A DNA stretch of 64,000 bases from Dehalococcoidia bacterium (GTDB lineage: Bacteria > Chloroflexota > Dehalococcoidia > Plut-88900). Below are positions 17,876 to 28,602 of this stretch, in pieces (position 1 is the stretch's first letter; every line of letters starts with the position of its first letter). The notes under the pieces are model-generated. The model was not told the origin of the DNA, did not search any database, and saw only the letters and a program-made list of their open reading frames with translations. The DNA is taken from the NCBI GenBank assembly GCA_965249275.1, contig CBDFLQ010000006.1, forward strand, positions 32,001-96,000, given 5' to 3'. Both the position numbers and the translations under genes were made by a program.

Positions 17876-20125
17876 ATGACCAACATCTACCGTTTCACTG
17901 ACGACTGCGAAGACAAAGCCCTCCTCGGCAACAAGGGCGCCAATCTCGTCACCATGACCCGGCTGGGCCTTCGTGTGCCACCTGGTTTCGTCGTATCTAT
18001 TGACGCTTTCAAGGAATACAGGGACAGTAGCACCCTTCCCCTTGACGAAATCGACGAGGCCCTCGCCTGGCTCTCTGAAAAGTTGGGCCGCTCCTTCGAT
18101 AATGGTCTCACGGTATCCGTCCGCTCCTCCGCGCCCGTCTCCATGCCCGGCATGATGGACACCGTCCTCAACGTTGCCAGCCGGGAAGAGGTCCTTTCTT
18201 GCTTGAAGACCGTCTTAGGCTCCTGGGACAACCCCCGAGCAAATGAGTATCGACGCCTTCACGAAATCCCCGGAGATATAGGCACCTCCGCCGTCGTCCA
18301 GTCCATGGTCATGGGCAACCGGGACGAGATGTCAGGCACGGGCGTCATCTTCAGCCGGAACCCGAGCACCGGTGCCCGAGGCCTCTTTGGAGAATATCTG
18401 CCCGTCGCCCAGGGCGAGGACTTGGTGTCGGGCGTCAGGACCCCACAGAGCATCGACGCCCTTAAAAGCCAGATGCCCGACGTCTATGAGGAACTGGAGG
18501 GCCTCTCCCGAGACCTCGAACAGCATTTCCACGACATGCAGGACGTAGAGTTCACCGTCGAGTCCGGCAACCTCTTTATGCTCCAGACTCGCTCCGGCAA
18601 GCGCAGCGGCCAAGCCGCCGTCAAGATCGCCGTCGACATGGTCGAGGACGGGCTCTTAACCCGCAACGAGGCCCTACTCCGCATCACCCCCGACGACATC
18701 CGATCGCTCCTCCACAATCGCATCCAGTTCCCCGAACGCCACCAGGCCATCGCCCGCGGCCTCAACGCAGCCCCGGGCGCCGTCTCCGGCAGGGTCGTCT
18801 TCGACCCCCTGGAGGCCGTCTCAGTCGCCAAGACCTCCGGCGGCGTAATCCTCGTCCGCCCCGAGACCAGCCCCGACGACATCCAGGGCATCGCAGCAGC
18901 CGGCGGGGTCCTCACCTCCCGCGGCGGTCTCACCTCCCACGCCGCCATCGTCACCCGGGCAATGGGCAAACCCTGTGTCTGTGGCGCAGAAGAAGTTACC
19001 GTAGATCTTAAAGACCAGTCCTTCAGCGTCGGAGGTACTGTTGTACGCAAGGGCGACGTGATCACCGTTGACGGCTCCAGCGGCAGCGTCTACCAGGGCG
19101 CTCTTGCCCTCCTTGAGGCCGAGGCCACCCCCGAGCTCGCCAAACTCCTCAGCTGGGCCGACGAGACCAAGCAGATCGGCGTCTGGGGCAATGCCGACAC
19201 CGCGGAAGGCGTAGCCCTGGCCAAGAAACACGGCGCAGAGGGCATTGGCCTCTGCCGCACCGAGCGACAGTTCACCGGCAAGGAGCGGCTCGACGCCATC
19301 CGCGACTTTATCCTCAGCGATTCCCAGGAACAGGAAGAGAAGGCCTTGGCCAACCTCCGAAAACTCCAGAAGCGCGACTTCCTATCGCTCTTCAAGGCCC
19401 TCGGCGACACCCCCGTCATCATCCGCCTTCTCGACCTCCCCCTCCACGAGTTCCTGCCCGTCGAGCAGGACACGGACGACCCCAAGCTCAAACGCCGCCT
19501 CGAAGACCTCCAGGAGGTCAACCCCATGCTCGGGCACAGGGGTGTTCGACTCGCCGTCACCACGCCTCTGGTCTACGCCATGCAGGTTGAGGCCATCGCC
19601 GAGGCCCAGGCCGAGACCAGCGCCCGCGTCTCCATCATGGTCCCTCAAGTAATCACCTTGCAGGAACTCCTATGGGTCAAAAAGCACATCGAGGGGCTCG
19701 GCTTCCGCATCGGCATCATGATGGAGACCGTTCGAGCCTGCATGAGGGCCGCGCCCCTCGCTGAAGAGGCCAGCTTCTTCTCCTTCGGCACCAACGACCT
19801 CACCCAGGCCGTCTACTCCTTCTCCCGTGAGGACGCCGAGAAGAAGTTCCTCACCACCTACCTCGAAAACAGCCTCCTCGACGATAACCCCTTCGAAATT
19901 ATCGACGTCAAGGGCGTGGGTAGGCTCATGGAAACGGCTATTAGCTGGGCCCGAGAAGAGAAGCCCAGCCTGGAAATCGGCGTCTGCGGCGAACATGCCG
20001 GCGAGCCCCGCTCCATCCGCTTCTTCCACGATGCCGGTGTCAGCTACGTAAGCTGCAGTCCCTACCGCATCCCCATAGCCAAGCTCACCGCCGCCCAGGG
20101 CGCCATCCTCAACCCACGAGTCTAG
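17876..20125 (+). CDS. ppdK: Pyruvate, phosphate dikinase (short form)
   Basis: LLGNKGANL, SMPGMMDTVLN, GGLTSHAA (phospho-His), GLCRTE, SFGTNDLTQ, GVCGEH and YVSCSPYR. Confidence 0.92.
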   Translation: MTNIYRFTDDCEDKALLGNKGANLVTMTRLGLRVPPGFVVSIDAFKEYRDSSTLPLDEIDEALAWLSEKLGRSFDNGLTVSVRSSAPVSMPGMMDTVLNVASREEVLSCLKTVLGSWDNPRANEYRRLHEIPGDIGTSAVVQSMVMGNRDEMSGTGVIFSRNPSTGARGLFGEYLPVAQGEDLVSGVRTPQSIDALKSQMPDVYEELEGLSRDLEQHFHDMQDVEFTVESGNLFMLQTRSGKRSGQAAVKIAVDMVEDGLLTRNEALLRITPDDIRSLLHNRIQFPERHQAIARGLNAAPGAVSGRVVFDPLEAVSVAKTSGGVILVRPETSPDDIQGIAAAGGVLTSRGGLTSHAAIVTRAMGKPCVCGAEEVTVDLKDQSFSVGGTVVRKGDVITVDGSSGSVYQGALALLEAEATPELAKLLSWADETKQIGVWGNADTAEGVALAKKHGAEGIGLCRTERQFTGKERLDAIRDFILSDSQEQEEKALANLRKLQKRDFLSLFKALGDTPVIIRLLDLPLHEFLPVEQDTDDPKLKRRLEDLQEVNPMLGHRGVRLAVTTPLVYAMQVEAIAEAQAETSARVSIMVPQVITLQELLWVKKHIEGLGFRIGIMMETVRACMRAAPLAEEASFFSFGTNDLTQAVYSFSREDAEKKFLTTYLENSLLDDNPFEIIDVKGVGRLMETAISWAREEKPSLEIGVCGEHAGEPRSIRFFHDAGVSYVSCSPYRIPIAKLTAAQGAILNPRV

Positions 20126-20228
20126 AATGCCGGATGATAAATCGTCGTGGTTGCCCTCGCCAGACCACGCACACGCATGTCCACTATTGGGTATGTGGTA
20201 ACATTCTCCTTGACTGCTCGCCCCAACC

Positions 20229-20420
20229 ATGCCAAAAGTGCGAGAAGCCATACGCATCGTCGAGAGGGACGGTTGGCGGTTAGACCGGATGAAGGGCAGC
20301 CACCGCCACTTCAAACATCCCGTCAAACCCGGAACTGTCACCATTCCAAGTCATCTCGGTGATGACTTAAACATAAATACTTGGCGAAGCATCTTGCGGC
20401 AAGCGGGTCTTAGGAGGTGA
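20229..20420 (+). CDS. hicA: HicA family toxin (mRNA interferase)
   Basis: DGW..RMKGSHRHFKHP.KPGTVTIP..SILRQAGL. Confidence 0.92.
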   Translation: MPKVREAIRIVERDGWRLDRMKGSHRHFKHPVKPGTVTIPSHLGDDLNINTWRSILRQAGLRR

Positions 20421-20425
20421 AGGCG

Positions 20426-20776
20426 ATGAAGCTAACCTACGTGGTGGTCTTTGAACAAACTCCCAACAACTACTGCGCCTACGTCCCCGATTTGCCGGGT
20501 TGCATCTCCACCCATAAGAACTGGGACGGCATCAAGGCAATGATCAAAGAGGCCATCACCGGCCATGTTGAGATTACCCACGAATACGGCGAACCCGTGC
20601 CGCCGCCACAGATGTCGATCGAAGACGCCCTGGCCTACCACCGTTCCATCCCCAACAACTACGGTGGCTACTTCCCAACCCCCTACGACCTGGAAAAAGA
20701 GGACCCGGTCGCCATCCTGGAGGTTGAGGTTGAGGTCAACTTGGAAGGCGTTTCCGCTACCGCCGCGGGCGGTTAG
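20426..20776 (+). CDS. hicB: HicB family antitoxin
   Basis: YVVVFEQTPNNYCAYVPDLPGCIS..IKEAI.GH; RBS AGGAGG; directly follows hicA. Confidence 0.9.
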   Translation: MKLTYVVVFEQTPNNYCAYVPDLPGCISTHKNWDGIKAMIKEAITGHVEITHEYGEPVPPPQMSIEDALAYHRSIPNNYGGYFPTPYDLEKEDPVAILEVEVEVNLEGVSATAAGG

Positions 20777-20991
20777 CATTCACCTTTCCATTGACAACCG
20801 AAAAGCGAGTCCCATGGCCCCGCAGGGTATAGAATTCGCCCGTTTAAGTTCCTCCTTGGACATCCCTTCCCTCTAGACAAAGAGGCATAAGAAAAGCGCG
20901 GCATTCTTGATGTTCAACAAAACAGGGCGGGCGGGTGGGAACCCATTACCCCGGGGGGTTGGTGGGGGCCTCCCCTCAACCAGCGTTCACC

Positions 20992-21927
20992 ATGACCAAA
21001 TTCACCTTCGGCATGTCCTTCCACGAGACCTACCAATACTCCCGGCAGGCCGTCATCGACTACGCCCGGGCCATCGAGTACCTCGGCTACGACACCCTCT
21101 GGATCACTGAGAACGTCCACTCCGGCGCCGACTCCCTCGAACCCCTCACCACCCTCTCCTTCATGGCCGCCCACACCGAGCACATCAACTTTGGCCCCTC
21201 CGTAATCCTCCTTCCCTTGCGAAAGGCAGTCGGGCTGGCCCACGCCGTCGCCACCCTAGACCGGTTGTCTGGGGGCCGGGTGGTCCTGGGTGTCGGGAAC
21301 GGAGGCACCGTCCCCGGCTCCTTCGAAGCCTACGGCGCATCCATCCGCCAGCGTGGCCGCTACTGCGACGAGGCTCTGGAAGTGATGAAATCCCTCTGGA
21401 CCGGCGACCCCGTAACCTTCTCCGGCAAGCTCCTTGACTTGGACAGCTACGTCCTTGGCGGACGCCCGACGGTAAATCCCCACCCTCCCATCTGGATAGG
21501 GGGCACGGCGGAAGGTGTCCTCAAAAGGGCCGCTCGGTTCGCCGACGGCTTCATCCCCCACAGCATCAGCCCCGAGCTATATCAAGACCTATGGGGCAGA
21601 ATCGAGGAGCACTGCGCGGCCATCGGCCGGGACCCGGCTTCTATAACCAAGGCCATCCAGTTCTACTTTTGCATCGACGACACGCGTGCCGAGGCGCAAC
21701 ACATCGCCGAAAAGGCCCTTGAGCACCGATATCAACGCTCCATGTCCCTCGCCCCAACCGATGATACCCACTACGCCCTCGGCGCCCCCGACGACATCGC
21801 CCGCACCATCCAGACCTTCGCCGACATCGGCGTCACCCACTTCGCCTTCTCCAACGCCCGCCCCCCGCACCAAGTCATGCCCCAAATCCAGACCCTCGCC
21901 CAACAGGTAATCCCCCACTTCCGCTAA
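20992..21927 (+). CDS. LLM-class F420/flavin-dependent oxidoreductase
   Basis: YDTLWITE, ATLDRLSGGRVVLGVG and HPPIWIGG..RAARFADG. Confidence 0.9.
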   Translation: MTKFTFGMSFHETYQYSRQAVIDYARAIEYLGYDTLWITENVHSGADSLEPLTTLSFMAAHTEHINFGPSVILLPLRKAVGLAHAVATLDRLSGGRVVLGVGNGGTVPGSFEAYGASIRQRGRYCDEALEVMKSLWTGDPVTFSGKLLDLDSYVLGGRPTVNPHPPIWIGGTAEGVLKRAARFADGFIPHSISPELYQDLWGRIEEHCAAIGRDPASITKAIQFYFCIDDTRAEAQHIAEKALEHRYQRSMSLAPTDDTHYALGAPDDIARTIQTFADIGVTHFAFSNARPPHQVMPQIQTLAQQVIPHFR

Positions 21928-22122
21928 CCTTTTCTTCCGTCATCCCCATCCCCTGACACGAAAATCCATCCCCTCTCCCATCGGGTATAATTGGATACTA
22001 CACGCGTGCCGACACCGGAAGATTAAAAAGACCCTACCCTTATTATTCTTCGCTAATTCTAATCCTGACAACCCTGGAGCATGATCTCGAAGCGGCGGAA
22101 CAAACCTGGAGACTTTAGCAAT

Positions 22123-24036
22123 ATGGCCAACCCTGACTCAACACGTGAAGCGGACCGGCCCAGGGGGCTGGTGAGGCGCACCGCTGCCTACTTCCGTCCC
22201 TACTGGATCAGGGTCGTGGGAATCACGCTGCTCATCCTCGTTACTGCCGGGCTCGGGGTGGTCAACCCGTTGATGATACGGGAGGTGTTCGACTCCGCCC
22301 TGTTCCCGCTGTCCGGCGCACCACCCGACCTGACCTTGCTGTGGATTCTGGCCGGGGTGATGGCCGGGGTCACCGTGGTCACCGGCGGTCTTGGGATCGT
22401 CCAGACTTACATGACCAACGTAGTGGGTCAGCGCGTGATGCGGGACCTGCGGGACCGGCTCTACAATCACCTCCAGAGCCTGTCACTGGGGTTTTTTACT
22501 GGTGCCCGCACCGGTGAAATCCAGTCCCGCATAGCCAACGACGTGGGAGGGGTTCAGAACGTCGTAACCAACACGGTGTCCAACGTTTTGTCGAACACGG
22601 TCATCGTCCTAAGCACGCTGGTCGCCATGACCATTCTCTCGTGGCAGCTTACGCTGGTGGCCGTGGGCATCGCTCCCGTCTTCTTCCTGCTCACCAAGGT
22701 AGTTGGCGACCGCCGCCGCGCGGTGACGGCCGAGTCCCAGAAGGCGGCCGCTGACATGACCGCCACCACCCAGGAGACTCTATCGATCTCCGGCATCATG
22801 CTGGCCAAGCTGTTCGGCAGACAGGGCCAGGAGAGCGGACGCTTCCACAGCGAAAACCAGAGGCTGGCCGATCTCTCCGTGCGCCTCCAGATGACGGGGC
22901 AGTTCTTCTTCGCCGTGATGCAGATATTCTTCTCCGTCTCTCCCGTCGCCATTTACCTGATAGCGGGCTACCTTCTCACCGGGAGCGCGTTGGGGGGAAT
23001 CACCGCCGGCACCCTGGTCGCCTTCACCACGCTTCAGTCGAGGCTGTTCTTCCCGCTGGGCAGCCTCTTGCAGGTGTCGGTGGAGCTCCAGGCCTCGATG
23101 GCCCTGTTCGAGCGCATATTCGGTTACTTGGACATCAGCCCCGACATTACGGACTCGCCCAGCGCGGTCAGAATGGGCCCTGGGGAGGTGCGGGGCCGTG
23201 TCTCGTTCGACTCTGTGCGCCTATCATATGGGATCGAGCCGGACAACGGTTCGGCAGACCAGCGATGGGCCCTGGATGGCGTGACCTTCCACGTTGAGCC
23301 CGGGCAGTTGGCCGCCTTTGTGGGACCTAGCGGCGCAGGCAAGACGACCATTTCTTACCTGATTCCACGCTTGTACGACCCCACTGCAGGATCGGTGATG
23401 ATTGACGGACTGGACGTCCGGGAGATTAGCCTGGCAAGCCTGGCCCGACTCACCGGTTACGTGACCCAGGAGAGCTACCTTTTCCACTCGAGCATTAGAA
23501 GCAACCTGCTCTACGGGAACCCCGGGGCCACTCAGCAGGAGATCGAAGCCGCCGCCCAGGCTGCCTACATACACGAAAGGATCATGGACTTCCCCGAAGG
23601 CTACGATACAGTGGTCGGCGAACGCGGCTACCGGCTGTCCGGGGGTGAACGCCAGAGGCTTTCCATAGCCCGGGTGATCCTTCACGATCCCCGGGTGCTC
23701 ATAATGGACGAGGCCACGTCGGCCCTGGACTCGGGAAGCGAACGCCAGGTCCAGGCGGCCCTGGAGCCGCTGATGCGTGGCCGGACTACCATCGCCATAG
23801 CCCACCGTCTCTCCACCATCCTCTCGGCAGATGTGATCTTTGCCATGGACCAAGGCAGGATCGTGGAGCAGGGAACTCACGATGAGCTGCTCAGACAACG
23901 GGGGTTGTATGCACGGCTCTACGATGACCAGTTTGAGGGTGGGCGCATTGAGTGTCGCTGCGAGGACGGGGTAGTGCTCTGCGACGGCACTATCGAGCGA
24001 TTTGACACGGCGGCTCTGCCGGTTCTCGGCAGCTAG
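22123..24036 (+). CDS. ABC exporter, fused permease/ATPase (MdlB/MsbA-like)
   Basis: N-terminal transmembrane domain; GPSGAGKT, LSGGERQR, DEATSALD and IAHRLST. Confidence 0.92.
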   Translation: MANPDSTREADRPRGLVRRTAAYFRPYWIRVVGITLLILVTAGLGVVNPLMIREVFDSALFPLSGAPPDLTLLWILAGVMAGVTVVTGGLGIVQTYMTNVVGQRVMRDLRDRLYNHLQSLSLGFFTGARTGEIQSRIANDVGGVQNVVTNTVSNVLSNTVIVLSTLVAMTILSWQLTLVAVGIAPVFFLLTKVVGDRRRAVTAESQKAAADMTATTQETLSISGIMLAKLFGRQGQESGRFHSENQRLADLSVRLQMTGQFFFAVMQIFFSVSPVAIYLIAGYLLTGSALGGITAGTLVAFTTLQSRLFFPLGSLLQVSVELQASMALFERIFGYLDISPDITDSPSAVRMGPGEVRGRVSFDSVRLSYGIEPDNGSADQRWALDGVTFHVEPGQLAAFVGPSGAGKTTISYLIPRLYDPTAGSVMIDGLDVREISLASLARLTGYVTQESYLFHSSIRSNLLYGNPGATQQEIEAAAQAAYIHERIMDFPEGYDTVVGERGYRLSGGERQRLSIARVILHDPRVLIMDEATSALDSGSERQVQAALEPLMRGRTTIAIAHRLSTILSADVIFAMDQGRIVEQGTHDELLRQRGLYARLYDDQFEGGRIECRCEDGVVLCDGTIERFDTAALPVLGS

Positions 24037-24204
24037 GTCTGGACACGCGAGTCGCCGGGGGTTGTCTGCGACGTTCAACCATGACCCTGGTCCACACCCT
24101 CTCCCAACAAATCATCCCCCCTCCCTCCAACCAACCCTCTCATGCTGAGCAGCGCCGAAGGCTCGAGCGAATGCGCACTTCACCCCCCTCTCCCCCGTCA
24201 TTCC

Positions 24205-25260
24205 TGTAGATGTCAGGTAATTCGTTGACAGAATTAGAGAGATTTAAGGGTTTGCAAAGGGGTCTTTCCGTCCATTGCCTGGTGGGGTCTCTGAGTATTG
24301 TAGTAGATCAGGTATTGCTGAAGCTCGTCCTTCAGTTCCGAGACCGACTCGAAGGTTGTCCCCTCCAGCAGGTCCTCGTTCAAGGTTCTCCAGAACCGCT
24401 CTATCTTCCCGTTGGTCTGGGGCCTATAAGGGCGGGTGTAGCGGTGCTTTATGCCCAGCTCATTGAGCATCCGTTCCATGGGGTGGCCCTCGGTGTTCCT
24501 TGGGGAGGCCATCTCGGGGCCGTTGTCGGTGAGGATGGCCTCGAATTGGATGCCGTACTCCACGTTAAGGAAATTGATGGACTTCAGAGTAGCCAACATC
24601 ACGGAGAGACTCTTGATGTCTCCAACCACTTCGGCCCAGGCCAGACGGGTGAAGGCGTCGATGAGGGCCACGAGGTAGTAGCGGTGCTTAGTGCCCACGA
24701 TGGTATCCCGGCTGAGGTAGTGGCTGTCCAGGTGGCCCAGCTCTCCTGCCCGGGTCTTGATGATCTTGCGCTTCGACTGCTGCATCGGCTTTGTGAGCCT
24801 ATTGAAACCGTGGCGTCTGGTGATGGCGTAGATGGTGGAGGGCTTAGGGGTGTTGTGTTTAAGGATGGGTTTGAGTATGGCATAGATCTCGTAACGGTTG
24901 GTACCGTTAAGGCGCTCGTTGATGACCTTCTGCTCAATGTAGGGCAGGGTGCGGCGGGACTTCCACCCGGGACCCCGCTTACGGGGGAGGAAGGCGTTGT
25001 CGGAGGGGGAGAGGAGGAACCGGTTGTAGTACTTGGCGAAGGTCTGACGGCTAGTGCCGTGGAAGGAGTAGAAGTCCTGGGCGAAGCGGAAACGGGGATG
25101 CTTCCTTGCCTTGACCAGTTGATACTCATGGATGAGGAACCGCCACTTCTGAATGTAGTTCCGTTCAAGGGTGAGGTCCTTGCTATTGTCTCGCATTCTC
25201 GCCTCCAGATTGGTGTTGGCCTCTTATACCAATCTGTCAACGAATTACCTAACACTTACA
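24205..25260 (-). mobile_element. IS481-family insertion sequence, 1056 bp, 5-bp ATTCC target duplication
   Basis: TGT...ACA ends; ~28-bp imperfect inverted repeats (TGTAGATGTCAGGTAATTCGTTGACAGA and TGTAAGTGTTAGGTAATTCGTTGACAGA); ATTCC at 24200-24204 and 25261-25265. Confidence 0.9.
24234..25196 (-). CDS. IS481-family DDE transposase (integrase core)
   Basis: GHLD, IDAFTR, ILTDNGPE, RPQTNGKIERFWRTL and YNTQRPH. Confidence 0.92.
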   Translation of the reverse strand: MRDNSKDLTLERNYIQKWRFLIHEYQLVKARKHPRFRFAQDFYSFHGTSRQTFAKYYNRFLLSPSDNAFLPRKRGPGWKSRRTLPYIEQKVINERLNGTNRYEIYAILKPILKHNTPKPSTIYAITRRHGFNRLTKPMQQSKRKIIKTRAGELGHLDSHYLSRDTIVGTKHRYYLVALIDAFTRLAWAEVVGDIKSLSVMLATLKSINFLNVEYGIQFEAILTDNGPEMASPRNTEGHPMERMLNELGIKHRYTRPYRPQTNGKIERFWRTLNEDLLEGTTFESVSELKDELQQYLIYYNTQRPHQAMDGKTPLQTLKSL

Positions 25261-25518
25261 ATTCCGATGCCCCGCGAGGAATCTAGGACTTGTCCTCTCA
25301 CACCCTCCCTCGCCTTTCCTCCCTCTCCCCACTTGGTAGCGATATATCAGCCATGCTGCAGAGCAACATGGCTGATATATCAATAAAACAGGGCGGGTGG
25401 ACGGGACTCAACTTATCCCGGCGGGGTCGGGAGGGGCGTGTCCTACCCCCTCTCCCTCTGATGGGAGAGGGTTGGGGTGAGGGTGATCCTCTTCCCCGGT
25501 AGGTGTGGCATAATCCCC

Positions 25519-25547
25519 TTGACCCGTGTGAACATCTGTGCTATATT
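25519..25547 (+). promoter_or_regulatory. Sigma70-type promoter with overlapping LexA-like box
   Basis: TTGACC-17 bp-TATATT; TGAAC-ATCT-GTGCT at 25529-25542. Confidence 0.55.
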
Positions 25548-25607
25548 CACACCCAGGCCTGACACCCCACGTCGGCCCTAATCAAGGAATAGGACAAAAG
25601 GAGTCCC

Positions 25608-26330
25608 ATGAGTCGCACATGGCTAATCAGGCCCCGTCGTCACAGAGCGGTATCGGACCGCCCGGCCAACGACACGCGCCTCCTCCCCAATCCCTTTCCG
25701 CTCACAATCCCACCCTTCAACTCCCACTACAAGCGCTGCTCCAAGGCCGAACGCCTCCGCCTCCGCAGCGATCAATCAACGTCCCGTTCCCAGCACGGAA
25801 GGTTCCCGGACAAATCACGGCTTGCCCTTTCCAAGGGCCCCTGCCAAGTGCGCGCCCCACTCACCCGGCGCACCATCCTCGCCCCCTCAGGCGACGCCTC
25901 GGAGCACAGCGTCATGTCGCTCCCTCGGGCCATAGCGCCCCCTCCGGACTCCCCCGGCCTAGACCTTGCTGGCGAGTCCGAACAGTCGGACACCCTCCGA
26001 CTCAAAACAAACACACCATTTAAGGATTCCACCGTCGTCACCACCGGAGAACTCCCGACTACGAACGCCGGTCACGGGTCCTCGCTCCCATCCCTTAGGA
26101 TGGTCGGGCGCTTCTGGTGGTCGAGACTGCCCCACACCGAGATTACCTCGCGTCTCTTCCGCATCCTCTCAGAAGCACGGGGCTGTCGCAGAGTCGTCGT
26201 TGATGTGGAACATCCGCTGTGGCGGACAATACGCATCGGTGCAGGCGTCGCCGCCTTCTTGCGCAACCGTCCGGGACCTTCCATCCGCCACCCCTTCCTC
26301 CTCTCCCAACATTCCGGCCTGCTTACTCCG
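25608..26330 (+). pseudogene. Degenerate phage terminase large subunit C-terminal (nuclease) fragment
   Basis: NSHYKR..AERLRL, GLDLAGE, DSTVVT.GEL and CRRVVVD..IGAGVAAFL resemble the RNase H-like domain of Chloroflexota terminases (recognised from memory, not searched); ATPase domain absent. Confidence 0.55.
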
Positions 26331-26649
26331 TCATTCCTGCGGAGGCAGAGCCTGCCCCTGCGGAGGCAGGAATCTATCCCCGGAGGCGGGGCCGGGGCGC
26401 TCCCCCCCCGTAGGGACGACCGGCTGGTCGCCCTGGGGTGAGGCGCCCTCCCACCACCCACGAAAGGCCCCGTCTACTAGCGCACTCCCACGCCGGGAAA
26501 ACCCGGGTTTTCCGCAAAACAATCAAAAATCACGCCTGAGTCCGCGCATCAATCAAAACCCGCCACCCACGAAAGGAGCCGCCTAACCACCCCTCACCCC
26601 CATACGCTATAATGCCCCCCAACACCCCTCCCCACCGGAGAACCCGCCC

Positions 26650-27681
26650 ATGAAAATGGACTTCAGCGTCGCCTGGGGCCGAGAGCTCGCCACCTACGAA
26701 ATCGCCGACCATTCCATAGCCGCCGAAGAGGCCGGCTTCGACATGCTCGGCATCATCGACACCCAGAATCTCGCCCGTGACCCCTACCCCGCCATGACCA
26801 TCGCCGCCCTGAACACCAACCGAGTCCGCATCGGCCCCTCCGTCACCAACACCTTCACCCGGCACCCTTCCGTAACCGCCAACGCCATGGCTACCATCGA
26901 CGAAATATCCGGCGGTCGAGCCTGGGTCGGCCTGGGCTCGGGTTTCAGCGCCGCCCGCACCATGGACGTCGGCGTCCAGCCAATGACCCTCCTCGAAAAC
27001 GTCATCAACTTCATCCACACCTACACCTCCGGCCAGGAGGCCGAGTTCAACGGCGCCAAGATGCACAACGAGTGGATTAGCCGACGCCTCCCCGTCTACG
27101 TCCACGCCGCCGGGCCCAAGACCTGTGACATCGGCGGCAGACTCGGCGATGGGCTCCTGCTCGCCTCCAAGGGCAGCCCAATCGTAGCCCGCTGGTGCCT
27201 GGACCTCGTCCGCCGCGCCGCCGAGTCCGCAGGCCGTGACCCCGATGACCTCGACATCCGGGTCTGTCTACCCATATTCGTCGAAGAAGAAGGGGGCAAG
27301 GGCTGGGACGAGATGGCAGCCTCCGTCGCCACCATGTGCACCGGCTTCTACCTCTCTATATTCCGACACGACCGAAACCCCGCCGTCCGCAGCCTCATCA
27401 GCCAACTCGACGCCGACCTCCTCCAGGACCTCAAGCGTGTCCACGACGCCTATGACTACTACCAACACGAACGCGTCGACGCCGACCACGCCAAGCTCGT
27501 GACCCGCCAGCTCGTCGACTTCGTCGGCCTCTACGGCACCGCCGACCAGATCTGCGAACGCATCTACGAGCTTCAGCAGGCCGGGGTCAAAGCCCTCGAC
27601 TGCCACATGTGGACCTTCATCGACAAGAAGAAGCAGATGCGCCTTATCGGCGAAAAGATCATGCCCTATTTCAGGAACTAA
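26650..27681 (+). CDS. LLM-class flavin/F420-dependent oxidoreductase (Mer-like)
   Basis: IGPSVTN.FTRHPSVTANAMATIDEISGGRAWVGLGSG. Confidence 0.9.
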   Translation: MKMDFSVAWGRELATYEIADHSIAAEEAGFDMLGIIDTQNLARDPYPAMTIAALNTNRVRIGPSVTNTFTRHPSVTANAMATIDEISGGRAWVGLGSGFSAARTMDVGVQPMTLLENVINFIHTYTSGQEAEFNGAKMHNEWISRRLPVYVHAAGPKTCDIGGRLGDGLLLASKGSPIVARWCLDLVRRAAESAGRDPDDLDIRVCLPIFVEEEGGKGWDEMAASVATMCTGFYLSIFRHDRNPAVRSLISQLDADLLQDLKRVHDAYDYYQHERVDADHAKLVTRQLVDFVGLYGTADQICERIYELQQAGVKALDCHMWTFIDKKKQMRLIGEKIMPYFRN

Positions 27682-27709
27682 CCCCGAGACCCGATACGGA
27701 GGACAAGAC

Positions 27710-28570
27710 ATGAGCGACAATTCGACCAGAGGCATTACCGACTGGCACACCCACTGCTACCTCCCCGAGCACCGCAGCCCCGAGGCCATGGCCGAGCGCA
27801 TCAAGTACGGCGTCCGCGGTGGCGAGGCTTGGCCCGAGGAGCACCGTGCCGCGATGGATGAAGGCAACATCACCCAGTTCGTCGTCGTCAACGTCCCTCG
27901 GCGCCCGGGCCACGAGGTCCCCAACGAGTTCATCGCCGAGTACTGCTCTCAGTACCCTGGCCGTGCCATCGGCCTCGCTTCCGTCCACCCCAACGACCCC
28001 ACCGCCTTCGATGATTTCGAGAACAGCGTCAAGAACCTCGGCCTCAAGGGCCTGAAGCTCTCCCCCGTCTACCAGGGCTTCGACCCCTGGTCCCCAGAGG
28101 CCTGGCGCCTCTACTACATGGCCCAGGACTTCGGAGTCCCCGTCATGTTCCACATGGGCGGCATGTACGACCCCAAAGGCACCCTCGAATGGGGAGACGT
28201 CCTAGCCCTGGACAAAGTCGCTCGGGCCGCACGCGACCTCAAGATAATCGTCGCCCACTTCGGCCAGCCCCAGATGCAGGAGACCGTCATGCTCCTGCGC
28301 AAGAACCTCAACGTCTTCACAGACCTCTCAGCCCGGTTCCACCGCAAGTGGCAGCTCTACAACGGCCTCCAGGTCGCCATCGAGTACAAGGTCACCGACC
28401 GCATTCTATTTGGCTCCGACTTCCCGGTCATGAAGCCCGGCCTCGCCGCCGACGCCTTCCGCAACATCAACGACTGGGGTGACGGCATCAAGCTCCCCCC
28501 CATCCCCGCCGACTTCATAGACGAGGTCCTCCACAACCGCCCCTTCTCCATAATGGGCCTTGAAGCCTAA
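27710..28570 (+). CDS. Amidohydrolase_2 family protein
   Basis: DWHTH, GLKLSP.YQ, VMFHMG, VAHFG and LFGSDFP. Confidence 0.9.
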   Translation: MSDNSTRGITDWHTHCYLPEHRSPEAMAERIKYGVRGGEAWPEEHRAAMDEGNITQFVVVNVPRRPGHEVPNEFIAEYCSQYPGRAIGLASVHPNDPTAFDDFENSVKNLGLKGLKLSPVYQGFDPWSPEAWRLYYMAQDFGVPVMFHMGGMYDPKGTLEWGDVLALDKVARAARDLKIIVAHFGQPQMQETVMLLRKNLNVFTDLSARFHRKWQLYNGLQVAIEYKVTDRILFGSDFPVMKPGLAADAFRNINDWGDGIKLPPIPADFIDEVLHNRPFSIMGLEA

Positions 28571-28602
28571 ATCTAGGCCGTACCCGCGGCGCGGCAACGT
28601 CT

